A stretch of DNA of 51,294 nucleotides from Candidatus Omnitrophica bacterium UBA6253 (GTDB lineage: Bacteria; Omnitrophota; Gorgyraeia; Gygaellales; Profunditerraquicolaceae), in the NCBI GenBank assembly GCA_002441245.1, contig DJVP01000011.1:1-51294 (forward strand), in the 5' to 3' direction. A model generated the notes under the pieces. The model was not told the origin of the DNA, did no database searches, and saw only the letters and a program-made list of their open reading frames with translations. Of the stretch, positions 41,694 through 50,859 are shown piece after piece (the first letter of the stretch is position 1; every line of letters begins with the position of its first letter). A program made the position numbers and the translations under genes.

Positions 41694-42476
41694 ATGAAGA
41701 CATTCAGGCTTATCCGCTCAATGCCGCAAAGCGCAGGATATAATATGGCGCTGGATAGGAAGATATTTTTTCGTTATATGGAAGAGGCTGTTCCGGTGTT
41801 TCGTTTGTATAGCTGGCAAGCGCCTTCTTTTACATATGGGATTTCGCAGCGGCCTGAAAAGGAGATCGATCTAAAACTGTGCAATCGTGACGGTATCCAG
41901 ATTGCGCAAAGAATTACCGGCGGTGGAGTACTTTTTCATAATTATGAGATTACTTATAGCCTTGTTTGTTCAAAAGAAGATATAGAAGAGGATAAAAAAG
42001 TTTTTGTCTCTTACCGGCAGGTCTGTGCTTTTTTGATATATTTCTACAAATCCCTTGGCTTAAATGCCTCTTTTGCACTTGAGGCGGATGATTTTAAGGA
42101 TAAATCCCTGCCGCATCAATTATGCAGTGCTTCGCATGAAAAATTTGATATTGTTATTGGGGGCAGGAAAATAGGGGGTAATGCCCAGAAGCGCAGCCGC
42201 CAAGTAATATTTCAGCATGGTTCTATTCCCATTAGTATCGATTGGGAGTTTTTACGCCGGCATGTGCGCTGTCTACCGGATAATATTTCTTCGCTGGCCA
42301 CGGCATTAACTGAGGAGTTGGCAGTTCTTCCGGAAAAACTGGTCCTTGAGCAAAAGCTTATCAATGCTTTTGCGTATATATATGGAGTGAGTTTTGTAGA
42401 AGAAAAAGAGTTGTTGTCCCTGCTCCCCGATAAAAACTTCGGGGTTAGGGATTTCGCTAGATTAAATGATTTTTAG
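41694..42476 (+). CDS. Lipoate-protein ligase A / octanoyltransferase family protein (LipM-like; catalytic domain only)
   Basis: The motifs NMALD, RITGGGVLFHN and GGRKIGGNAQKR (catalytic Lys context of the LplA/LipM family) are present. ATG 41694 is chosen because the longer track ORF from 41559 overlaps gcvPB. Confidence 0.7.
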   Translation: MKTFRLIRSMPQSAGYNMALDRKIFFRYMEEAVPVFRLYSWQAPSFTYGISQRPEKEIDLKLCNRDGIQIAQRITGGGVLFHNYEITYSLVCSKEDIEEDKKVFVSYRQVCAFLIYFYKSLGLNASFALEADDFKDKSLPHQLCSASHEKFDIVIGGRKIGGNAQKRSRQVIFQHGSIPISIDWEFLRRHVRCLPDNISSLATALTEELAVLPEKLVLEQKLINAFAYIYGVSFVEEKELLSLLPDKNFGVRDFARLNDF

Positions 42477-42502
42477 GTATCAGTTTAGGCGGGTGCTCAG
42501 AT

Positions 42503-43354
42503 ATGATCAAGCCGTCTTGGCTTAATAAAAAGATTTCGCTTAGGGATTGCAGCCAGGTTAAAACTTTACTTAAAGATTTACGGCTGCATACGGTTTGTGA
42601 AGAAGCACTTTGCCCGAATATGGGGGAGTGTTTTAAGGCGCGTCAGGCGACATTTATTATTCTTGGCGCAATCTGCACGCGCGCCTGCCGTTTTTGCGGG
42701 GTAGTTAAAGGTCAGCCGCTTGCGCCTGATGTTGATGAGCCAAGGCGTATTGTTGAGGCTGTACAAAAGATGGGATTGAACCATGTGGTCATTACTAGCG
42801 TTACTCGTGATGACCTGCCTGACGGCGGCGCCTCGGTATTCGCTGAAACTATTTTCTCTCTGCGTGCTATAGGGGGCGGGATATCAATTGAAGTACTCAT
42901 TCCGGATTTTAAGGCGGACCATAAGTCTTTATCTGTCCTTGCAAATGCCCGGCCGGATATCCTTGCCCATAATATAGAAACAGTTCCAAGCTTATATAAA
43001 AAGGTAAGGCCTGCGGGGGCTTCTTATAGCAGGTCTTTGGATGTGTTGCGTAGTTTAAAGAATATCGCGCCTAAAATTGCCCTTAAATCCGGCTTAATGC
43101 TTGGGCTCGGGGAAAAAGATGATGAGGTCTTTAAAGTGTTTGATGATCTTGTTAAAACAGGTTGCAGGTTATTAAGTATCGGCCAGTACCTTGCCCCCAG
43201 CAAAAACCATTTCCCGGTTAAGAGGTATCTGGAGCCGGAGGTTTTTGAAGAATATAAAAAAGCAGCCCTAAGGCGGGGTTTTAGCTATGTAAAAAGCGGC
43301 CCCTATGTACGCAGCTCTTATGCTGCTTCCGAATACAGGTTGGCCATTAAATAA
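42503..43354 (+). CDS. lipA: Lipoyl synthase
   Basis: The auxiliary cluster reads CEEALCPNMGEC. The radical-SAM cluster reads CTRACRFC. The motif VITSVTRDDL is present. Confidence 0.9.
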   Translation: MIKPSWLNKKISLRDCSQVKTLLKDLRLHTVCEEALCPNMGECFKARQATFIILGAICTRACRFCGVVKGQPLAPDVDEPRRIVEAVQKMGLNHVVITSVTRDDLPDGGASVFAETIFSLRAIGGGISIEVLIPDFKADHKSLSVLANARPDILAHNIETVPSLYKKVRPAGASYSRSLDVLRSLKNIAPKIALKSGLMLGLGEKDDEVFKVFDDLVKTGCRLLSIGQYLAPSKNHFPVKRYLEPEVFEEYKKAALRRGFSYVKSGPYVRSSYAASEYRLAIK

Positions 43355-43385
43355 ATTTATAATATTTAATTAAAGGAGAAGAGAA

Positions 43386-44129
43386 ATGCCTAAAACAACT
43401 TTGAATATAAAATTACTGGATGTAACGGAGAATGCCCTTGCGCTTATATATTCTGCCTGCCGTCAGTGTTACTCGGAGGAGTTCGCCGGGGATATCTTTG
43501 AAAAAATAAAGCTTGACCAGGTAAAACAAGCTGCATTTATCAAGAAGATAATTTCTTCGGGGCATGAAAGCCCTTTAGAGCATGTAAAGTTTACCTTTGC
43601 TATCGAAGGGGTATCCCGCGCGTTGACACATCAGCTTGTGCGTCATCGCCTGGCCTCATATTCTCAACAGAGCCAGCGTTATGTAGGGGAAAATGATTTT
43701 GATTATATTATTCCGCCGTCGATAAAAAATAATCCTTTGGCAAAGGAGGAGTTTGAAAAGACAATGGATTTGATCCAGGACAGTTATACCAGGATATCCG
43801 GGTTTTTGGCGCAGCAGGGATTAAGCGGGGAAGCAGCTAATCAGGATGCGCGTTTTGTCCTGCCCCAGGCGGCGGAAACAAAAATAATCGTTACAATGAA
43901 TTGCCGTGAATTATTGCACTTTTTCAAACATCGTTGTTGCTCCCGGGCGCAGTGGGAGATCCGTGAATTAGCGGAGAAGATGCTGATGGATTGCAAAAGA
44001 TGCCTGCCGTTGTTATTTTCAAAAGCAGGAGCAAAATGCAGCTCTCTCGGGTTTTGTCCTGAAGGAGCTCGTTTTTCTTGCGGTAGATTTCCGGTTAAAG
44101 AAGAAAAGGGTACAAAAACAGGCAAATGA
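43386..44129 (+). CDS. thyX: Flavin-dependent thymidylate synthase
   Basis: The ThyX signature RHRLASYSQQSQRY is present, along with SPLEH. The stop overlaps the cbiQ ATG (ATGA). Confidence 0.9.
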   Translation: MPKTTLNIKLLDVTENALALIYSACRQCYSEEFAGDIFEKIKLDQVKQAAFIKKIISSGHESPLEHVKFTFAIEGVSRALTHQLVRHRLASYSQQSQRYVGENDFDYIIPPSIKNNPLAKEEFEKTMDLIQDSYTRISGFLAQQGLSGEAANQDARFVLPQAAETKIIVTMNCRELLHFFKHRCCSRAQWEIRELAEKMLMDCKRCLPLLFSKAGAKCSSLGFCPEGARFSCGRFPVKEEKGTKTGK

Positions 44130-44968
44130 AGGAAGATTCCCGCAATGGCGGTTTCGTTGACCGTTCACTGATTGGTATTTTAGCATTTCTTAAAAACTCG
44201 TTATTTGCCGAAGAACATGCTTTAAAACACGGGTTTATTCAATCTTTGGATCCGAGGATAAAAACCTTAACTTTTATTTTATTTATAGTCGTAATACTGT
44301 TAGCAAAAACTATCCCGCTTGTTTTATCTTTATATCTATTGTGTTTGTTGCTAGCCTGCATCTCAAAGGTCAATTTGGGGTTTTTCTTAAAACGCACCTG
44401 GATATTCATCCCGTTATTTTCATTGTTTATCGCGCTTCCTGCGTTATTTAGCAATTTTACCCCCGGAGAGGAGTTGTTTAGTTTTAAAGCCGCGGGCTTA
44501 GCTTTGGTAATTACCCGGCCCGGGGCATTGACCGTGTTATTGTTTGTTTTGCGTGTTACTGCTATAGTATCTTTTGCCGTGTTGTTAAGTATTACTACGC
44601 GGCATTGTGAATTGTTAAAAGTCCTGCGTATTTTTGGCATCCCCCAGGCTTTTGTTATGGTCTTAGGGGTTTGCTACCGTTACATTTATATCTTTATAGG
44701 AATAATCGAGAATACCTATCTTGCAATTAAAAGCAGGGTAGGCACAGAGATACATTATAAAAGTGGACAGCAAATAGTCGGTTGGAATATTGCATTTCTT
44801 TGGGTCCGATCATATCGGTTGAATGAAGATGTCTATAAAGCCATGCTTTCCCGCGGATACAACGGTGAACCGTATGTATTGGATGATTTTAAAGTAAACT
44901 CAAGAGATTGGCTGTGGTTGGCGTTTTCAGGAGTAATAGGCATATGCATAACTTGCTTTTTTCATTAA
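44126..44968 (+). CDS. cbiQ: ECF transporter transmembrane (T) component CbiQ/EcfT
   Basis: The LDPRIK motif is present near the N-terminus, followed by 5-6 TM segments, and the size is 280 aa. The cbiO ATPase gene follows. Confidence 0.75.
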   Translation: MKEDSRNGGFVDRSLIGILAFLKNSLFAEEHALKHGFIQSLDPRIKTLTFILFIVVILLAKTIPLVLSLYLLCLLLACISKVNLGFFLKRTWIFIPLFSLFIALPALFSNFTPGEELFSFKAAGLALVITRPGALTVLLFVLRVTAIVSFAVLLSITTRHCELLKVLRIFGIPQAFVMVLGVCYRYIYIFIGIIENTYLAIKSRVGTEIHYKSGQQIVGWNIAFLWVRSYRLNEDVYKAMLSRGYNGEPYVLDDFKVNSRDWLWLAFSGVIGICITCFFH

Positions 44969-45771
44969 AAAATGTCTGGTTTTCTTATCTGGGGAAATTT
45001 CCGGCCTTAGCTGCTGTAGATATTGATATTAATGCCGGCCAGAAAATTTCCATTATCGGCGCAAATGGTTCGGGTAAATCTACGCTCCTGCATTTGCTTG
45101 ACGGGCTTATATTTGCAGATAAAGGGGCAGCGAGTTTTTGCGGTAGAGAGTTAAATGAAAAGGATTTTAATGATTCCGAATTTTCCCGAAACTTTAGGCG
45201 CAAGGTGGGGTTTGTTTTTCAAAATCCGGATGTCCAATTATTTTGCCCTACTGTTAAAGAAGATATTATATTTGGCCCTTTGCAGCTGGGTTTTGGAAAG
45301 GATGAAACCCAAAAACGCCTGGAAAAACTCATAGCCATATTAGCTATTGAGGGTTTGCTGGAGAGATCCCCAAACCAATTGAGCATAGGAGAGAAACGTA
45401 AGGTAGCGCTAGCTTCCACCTTGATTATTAGGCCGGATATTCTTATCCTGGATGAGCCGACAGCCGGGCTTGATCCTTTGACTACCAGGCACATAATTGA
45501 TCTACTCATTGATGAGAATATCTCCGGCAAGACAATTATTACTTCTACGCATGATTTGCATATTGTGGAAGAAATATCAGATGTGGTTTATGTTTTTGGG
45601 CGGGAGAGAAGAATAGTTAAATTTGGCAGTCCGGATTCTATCTTGAGTGATACAGCCTTGCTTAGTGAGAATAACCTCGTGCATATTCATAGTCATAGGC
45701 ATAAAGATAAGGTACATGTCCATCCGCATGTACGTTTGGAACATCATCTGCAGGATGGGGAGCCAGGTTAA
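44944..45771 (+). CDS. cbiO: ECF transporter ATPase CbiO with a His-rich C-terminal tail
   Basis: Walker A is GANGSGKST, the signature LSIGEKRKV and Walker B ILILDEPTAGLD. The tail reads HIHSHRHKDKVHVHPHVRLEHH. ATG 44944 is preferred over the track start at 44908. Confidence 0.85.
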   Translation: MHNLLFSLKNVWFSYLGKFPALAAVDIDINAGQKISIIGANGSGKSTLLHLLDGLIFADKGAASFCGRELNEKDFNDSEFSRNFRRKVGFVFQNPDVQLFCPTVKEDIIFGPLQLGFGKDETQKRLEKLIAILAIEGLLERSPNQLSIGEKRKVALASTLIIRPDILILDEPTAGLDPLTTRHIIDLLIDENISGKTIITSTHDLHIVEEISDVVYVFGRERRIVKFGSPDSILSDTALLSENNLVHIHSHRHKDKVHVHPHVRLEHHLQDGEPG

Positions 45772-45793
45772 TTTAGAAAGAAAGGGTTTAACC

Positions 45794-46120
45794 ATGCTTA
45801 AAGAAAACGTTTTTTCTATGAAATTAAGAGGCAGGCAAAAGTTCAGCCGTTTACTCGGAGATTCAACTAAGCGAAAGGGGCTGCGTAGCGGATTTGTAAC
45901 CTTAAGGCCGAAAGAATCAATTGGCGGACATAAAACTGATAAAAAGGAAGAGGCGATAATTATTATTAAAGGCAGTGCTACTATTTATTATGGTAGGAAT
46001 AAAAGTATTAAAGCTGGTAAAAATACCTTTATATATATCCCCCCGGAAACCGAGCACGATGTAAAGAACTCAGGCAGTAAAATTCTGCAGTATGTTTACA
46101 TAACCGCCAAGGTTAATTAG
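45794..46120 (+). CDS. Small cupin-fold protein
   Basis: The sequence GGHKTDKKEEAIIIIKG...IYIPPETEHDVKN resembles the two cupin motifs. ATG 45794 follows a purine-rich stretch; the track ORF from 45647 overlaps cbiO. Confidence 0.5.
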   Translation: MLKENVFSMKLRGRQKFSRLLGDSTKRKGLRSGFVTLRPKESIGGHKTDKKEEAIIIIKGSATIYYGRNKSIKAGKNTFIYIPPETEHDVKNSGSKILQYVYITAKVN

Positions 46121-46187
46121 AATATATTTGTTTTGTAACCTGGTGATATTAGGTTAGTTACATACACTGTCTACTCATCTTTTTGCT

Positions 46188-46215
46188 TGCAATGTGATAT
46201 TATTAATGTAGAATA
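46188..46215 (+). promoter_or_regulatory. TTGCAA-N16-TAGAAT promoter-like element immediately upstream of the sensor kinase ATG (possible leaderless mRNA)
   Basis: TTGCAA lies at 46188-46193 and TAGAAT at 46210-46215. ATG 46221 is only 6 nt downstream, and no Shine-Dalgarno is present. Confidence 0.35.
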
Positions 46216-46220
46216 AATTC

Positions 46221-48677
46221 ATGATAGAATTTTTTAAATCCCAGATGGATTATATCTATTTTATCTATGGGATGAGTTTTTTTATCCTAGCTGCCGCCTG
46301 CCTGTTATTAACAAAGACCCAAGAAACAAGATTGCCCTGGTTTTGGTTAGGTTTGTTCGGTTTTTTCCATGCGGTTAACGAATGGCTGGATTTATGGGCT
46401 TTGGTCATTGGCGAGACTGTTTTTCTTGTCCCGGTGCGTTTAGCGGTTCTATTTGTATCATTTGTGTTTCTTGCGGGATTTTCCTGGTTTTCTTTTTTAG
46501 CTTTAGAAAAGAAGTTTTCAGGGTATTGGTTATTTATCCCATGGTTGTTACTGGTTTATTCAGGATGGTATTTTGGCAAAGGTAATGGTTTTAATTTTAC
46601 CTGCCGTTATTTTTTGGGTTTTGCCAGCGCCTTTGCCGCGGGAGTAATTTTAGTCTTCTATGCTTCAAAATTTAAGGATACCCCGGGGCGTTTAATTGCC
46701 GCCCTGGGTTTTTTTATCGGGATATATTCTTTTACTCAACTTGTAATTTCAAGCCCGCCGTTTTTACTAAAACATACGTTATTTAACCAGGATAATTTTC
46801 TTCGGTTTTTCGGCTTTCCCATACAACTGTTGCGTTCTGTCCTGGTAATGTGTATTTCGTTTATTGTGCTGACGTACTGGTATTTTGTGCAGGGTTGGCT
46901 GGATAAGGATAAGTCAGGCAAACAGAGGAGTAAGCGGGTCTTTTTAGCGGTATCCGCTTATCTGATCCTGATAGTTTTAGGCTGGTTGATTACACAGAGG
47001 ATTGGTACTTATTTCTGCCAGTCGAATGTGAATGAGCTGTCGGCTAAGGCTAAGACCGCGTCAGCGGCGATTAATTTCCGCCGCGTGGAAACACTTACTG
47101 CAACGTCAGCGGATATCGGCACCTCTGATTATGAACGTTTAAAGGAGCAGCTTAAAGCGATAAATGAGGCCAATGTTGACTTAACATACGTTTATTTAAT
47201 GCGCCTTGACAATGGAAAAATAACTTTTCTTGCAGATTCGGAGCCGGATTCTTCTGTTAACAGTTCCCCTCCAGGCCAGGTTTATGAAGAGGCCCCCGAG
47301 GAACTGAAGAATAAATTTCTTAGCCGAAAGACTTTTATTGTCGATTCTTATATCGATAGATGGGGAAATTGGGTTTCTGTTTTTTCACCAATCGTTGATT
47401 CCAAAAGAAACAAAATTGTTGCTTTGATCGGCATGGATATGGATGTCAGGGTATGGCAGCAGAAGATATTCTGGCACCGCCTGCTTGGCATCTTAATCAG
47501 TTTTTGCATATTTGTTTTATTTTCCGTTTTCTTTATTATTAACCAGATTAACCGGGCCTCTGCCGAGAAAATATCTGTTATCCGAAAGCATCTGCAGGTT
47601 TTAATTGATAATATCCCCATCCCGGTTTTTTATAAAAATACCCAAGGCGAGTATTTAGGGTGTAATCTTGCCTTTGCACAATTCTTCGGATTAACAAAGG
47701 AGGCTGTAGTCGGTAAGACCCAGTTTGATCTTAATCCCCTGGGCCAGGCGGAAAGTAATTATCGGGTGGATATAGAGTTATTCAGCCTGTCCGATGGAGG
47801 ATCTAAATTTTATGAGACTGAGCTACTGGATGTAGAAGGCATAAAACATAGTATGTTTCTAAGTAAATCTACTTATCCCGGTCCGGATGGAAAGATCGCC
47901 GGATTAGTCGGGGTGATGCAGGATATTACCGAACGCAAAAGAATGACAGAAGAGTTAAAACAGAAAAATATTGCGTTGGAGAAATTGGACCAGTTAAAAT
48001 CGGATTTTGTTTCTATGGTATCCCATGAATTACGTACTCCGCTTTCCATAACCAAGGAAGGCATTAGCCTGGTTTTGGATGAGGTAACCGGTAGCGTTAA
48101 CCCCAGGCAAAGCAAGATTCTTACTGCCTCTAGGAATAACATTGACCGCCTGGCGAGAATTATTAATAGTCTCCTGGATATTTCTAAGATTGAGTCCGGT
48201 AAGACGGAGCTCAAAAAGAAAGCCGTTGATATGGGGGGGTTGATAAGGAATATTGTTTTGTCATTTGAAAATTTGGCGAAAGAAAAACACCTGGAGATAA
48301 GGGCTGATTTACCCAAGGGGCAAAGTTTAAATTTATATGTTGATGAAGACAGGGTGATGCAGGTATTTACTAATTTAATTGGTAACTCCCTTAAGTTTAC
48401 CGAGAAAGGGCATATTAATATTTCATTGGTACAAAGAGAGGATGAAATGGAGTTTACGGTTAGCGATACGGGTATCGGCATTGCGGCCGAAGACTTGCCT
48501 AAAATATTTACTAAGTTTCTGCAATTTGGGCGTACTCCCGGAGCAGGAGAAAAGGGTACGGGTCTAGGGCTTTCTATCGCTAAGGGGCTGGTTGAGTTGC
48601 ATGGAGGAAGAATTTGGGTGGAAAGCGAAGTTGGTAAAGGCTCAAAGTTTATTTTTACCTTGCCTAAATTATCCTAA
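46221..48677 (+). CDS. Membrane sensor histidine kinase: N-terminal multi-TM module, extracytoplasmic Cache-like domain, PAS, HisKA and HATPase
   Basis: About 9 hydrophobic segments occur in the first 260 aa. The loop domain reads [20 protein letters not shown]...[11 protein letters not shown], followed by a TM segment. The PAS domain reads [26 protein letters not shown]. The H-box is SHELRTPLS and the G-box GTGLGLSI. Confidence 0.85.
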   Translation: MIEFFKSQMDYIYFIYGMSFFILAAACLLLTKTQETRLPWFWLGLFGFFHAVNEWLDLWALVIGETVFLVPVRLAVLFVSFVFLAGFSWFSFLALEKKFSGYWLFIPWLLLVYSGWYFGKGNGFNFTCRYFLGFASAFAAGVILVFYASKFKDTPGRLIAALGFFIGIYSFTQLVISSPPFLLKHTLFNQDNFLRFFGFPIQLLRSVLVMCISFIVLTYWYFVQGWLDKDKSGKQRSKRVFLAVSAYLILIVLGWLITQRIGTYFCQSNVNELSAKAKTASAAINFRRVETLTATSADIGTSDYERLKEQLKAINEANVDLTYVYLMRLDNGKITFLADSEPDSSVNSSPPGQVYEEAPEELKNKFLSRKTFIVDSYIDRWGNWVSVFSPIVDSKRNKIVALIGMDMDVRVWQQKIFWHRLLGILISFCIFVLFSVFFIINQINRASAEKISVIRKHLQVLIDNIPIPVFYKNTQGEYLGCNLAFAQFFGLTKEAVVGKTQFDLNPLGQAESNYRVDIELFSLSDGGSKFYETELLDVEGIKHSMFLSKSTYPGPDGKIAGLVGVMQDITERKRMTEELKQKNIALEKLDQLKSDFVSMVSHELRTPLSITKEGISLVLDEVTGSVNPRQSKILTASRNNIDRLARIINSLLDISKIESGKTELKKKAVDMGGLIRNIVLSFENLAKEKHLEIRADLPKGQSLNLYVDEDRVMQVFTNLIGNSLKFTEKGHINISLVQREDEMEFTVSDTGIGIAAEDLPKIFTKFLQFGRTPGAGEKGTGLGLSIAKGLVELHGGRIWVESEVGKGSKFIFTLPKLS

Positions 48678-48716
48678 GTGTTTAAATAAAGTTAACTGTA
48701 TATTAGACTTTAATCA

Positions 48717-48744
48717 TTGCAACTCTAGGTTATTTTGATAGAAT
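48717..48744 (+). promoter_or_regulatory. TTGCAA-N16-TAGAAT promoter-like element upstream of the second CheY-like regulator
   Basis: The hexamers and spacing match the element at 46188, including the shared TAGAATAAA. The element lies about 70 nt upstream of ATG 48815, with a GGAAGG Shine-Dalgarno. Confidence 0.4.
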
Positions 48745-48814
48745 AAAGTAAGTTTTTAAGGGTCAATACGCGGTAGCATGAATAGCGTAATACCATATTA
48801 GTTCAGGGAAGGCT

Positions 48815-49186
48815 ATGGATAGGGCAAGGGTGTTGATTATTGATGATGAGACAGACCTTATGGAAATGGTTTCCTTGAGGCTAGAGGCAAATGGTTATCA
48901 GGTTATCTTTGCTTCCGACGGACAAGAAGGCCTGGATAAGGCGCGAACTGAGAAGCCGGATTTAATTATTCTTGATCTTATGCTTCCAAAGATTGAGGGT
49001 TATAAAGTATGCCGTATGCTCAAGTTCGATGAGAAATATAAACATATACCAGTTATATTGTTTACGGCACGCGCGCAGGAGCCCGATGTAAAGTTGGGCA
49101 AAGAAGTAGGGGCGGATGCTTATATAACCAAGCCGTTTGAGCCGGATATCCTTTTAGATAAAGTAGCCCAACTATTGAAAAAGTAA
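48815..49186 (+). CDS. Single-domain CheY-like response regulator (paralogue of 29969..30337)
   Basis: The motifs VLIIDDE, DLIILDLMLPKIEGYKVCRMLKFDEKYKHIP and ITKPF are present. A long block is shared with the first regulator. Confidence 0.85.
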   Translation: MDRARVLIIDDETDLMEMVSLRLEANGYQVIFASDGQEGLDKARTEKPDLIILDLMLPKIEGYKVCRMLKFDEKYKHIPVILFTARAQEPDVKLGKEVGADAYITKPFEPDILLDKVAQLLKK

Positions 49187-49200
49187 ACGAAAGTTAATCT

Positions 49201-50856
49201 ATGGAGATAATTGATTTATTGTTAAAGCAGGACTTGATTACCCAGGCGCAGGTGGAGAAGGCCAAGGATGAGGTAAGGCGCACCGGGATCAAGCTTGAAA
49301 AGGCTTTGGAAAAGCTAGGTTTTATTACTGAGGAGGATATTGCCGAAGCTAGGGCTAATGCCTTAGGTTTCTTATATATGAACCTGGAAGATTATGTTAT
49401 TGATGCTGAATTAACTAAGCTTATCCCGGAAGCCGTCGCCAATAAATATAAAGCGGTTCCGCTTTTTAAGATTATGGATACTTTAACGGTAGCAATGGCG
49501 GATCCGAGCGATATTCAGGCGCTGGACCATATCCGCAGGATTAGCAAGGTGGGCACTGTGGATCCGGTGTTGGTCTCCTCAAAAAGTATTGAGAAAGTCC
49601 TAGATTTTTATTATGGCCAGGGCAATTCCATTGAAGAGATTGTTAAGGCAATAGAAAGTAAAAAGTTGTTGGCGGACAAGGGGGCATTGACAGAAGTTGC
49701 GGAAGAGCCGCCGATAATAAAATTAGTAAATATCTTAATTTCTGATGCAGTTAAAGACCGTGTATCGGATATCCATATTGAACCGGAGACAGAGATTCTG
49801 CGCGTGCGCTACCGTATCGATGGTATCTTGCATGAAGTGTATTCCTTGCCGAAGAAAATGCAGAGTGCGGTTATTTCAAGAATTAAGATCCTTGCAGAAA
49901 TGGATATTGCTGAAAGCAGAAGGCCGCAGGACGGCAAGATAAGTGTAAAACTGGAAAATAAAGATCTGGATATCAGGGTTTCTACATTTCCTACTGTACA
50001 TGGCGAGAATGTGGTTATGCGTTTATTGGATCGTTCGTCTATTTTATTAGGGTTAAAAGATTTAGGTTTTACCAAGGAAAATCTTGAAATCTTCAGCCAG
50101 ATGATCTTGCAGCCGAACGGGATTATCCTGGTGACCGGGCCTACCGGCAGCGGTAAGACCACTACGCTTTATTCTGCTTTAAGCACCATTAGTTCAATAG
50201 AGAAGAATATTATTACCATTGAAGACCCCGTTGAGTATGAATTACCGTTAATCCGCCAGACTCAAGTTAATCCCAAGGCGGATATTACTTTTTCCAATGG
50301 CCTGCGCTCAATTTTGCGCCAGGATCCGGATGTAATCATGGTTGGCGAAATCCGCGATAAAGAGACAGCGGAGGTGGCTATACAGGCATCTTTAACCGGG
50401 CATCTGGTTTTTTCCACCTTGCATACTAATGATGCATCAAGCTCCTTAACCCGCATGATTGATATGGGACTAGAGCCATTTTTGATCTCCAGTTCTTTAA
50501 TTCTTGTTGTTGCTCAGCGCCTAGTGCGTCAGATTTGTCCAAAGTGTAAGGAAGAATATTCTCCTACTCCTGTTGCTTTGCAAGGCCTAGGTTTGGATAT
50601 TTCAACAAAATTATTCCGCGGTAAAGGATGCCCCGCCTGCAAGAATACCGGATTCCTCGGCCGAATAGGCATATTCGAAGTGCTGGTGATTAATGAAATT
50701 ATCCGTAAAATGGTTGAAGAGAAAAATTCTGCGGATGCGATAAAAAATAAGGCAATTGAGCTGGGAATGAAGACTTTGCGCGAAGACGGATTAGAGAAGG
50801 CAAGGTTAGGGGTGACTACTATCGAAGAGATATTAAGGGTTACGGAAATAGAATAG
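49201..50856 (+). CDS. Second GspE/PilB-family secretion ATPase
   Basis: The motifs GPTGSGKTT, VIMVGEIRD and FSTLHTND are present. The tetracysteine cluster reads CPKCKEE...CPACKNTGFLGR. Confidence 0.9.
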   Translation: MEIIDLLLKQDLITQAQVEKAKDEVRRTGIKLEKALEKLGFITEEDIAEARANALGFLYMNLEDYVIDAELTKLIPEAVANKYKAVPLFKIMDTLTVAMADPSDIQALDHIRRISKVGTVDPVLVSSKSIEKVLDFYYGQGNSIEEIVKAIESKKLLADKGALTEVAEEPPIIKLVNILISDAVKDRVSDIHIEPETEILRVRYRIDGILHEVYSLPKKMQSAVISRIKILAEMDIAESRRPQDGKISVKLENKDLDIRVSTFPTVHGENVVMRLLDRSSILLGLKDLGFTKENLEIFSQMILQPNGIILVTGPTGSGKTTTLYSALSTISSIEKNIITIEDPVEYELPLIRQTQVNPKADITFSNGLRSILRQDPDVIMVGEIRDKETAEVAIQASLTGHLVFSTLHTNDASSSLTRMIDMGLEPFLISSSLILVVAQRLVRQICPKCKEEYSPTPVALQGLGLDISTKLFRGKGCPACKNTGFLGRIGIFEVLVINEIIRKMVEEKNSADAIKNKAIELGMKTLREDGLEKARLGVTTIEEILRVTEIE

Positions 50857-50859
50857 TTT

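Noticed and set aside
46135-46157. A hairpin (TAACCT-N9-AGGTTA) after the cupin gene, which also resembles the GTAAC/GTTAC arms of the nikR-upstream repeat
   Set aside because: It has only 6 bp and no U-tract, and the arm orientation is reversed relative to the nikR-upstream site. The similarity is limited to a 5-mer and could be chance.
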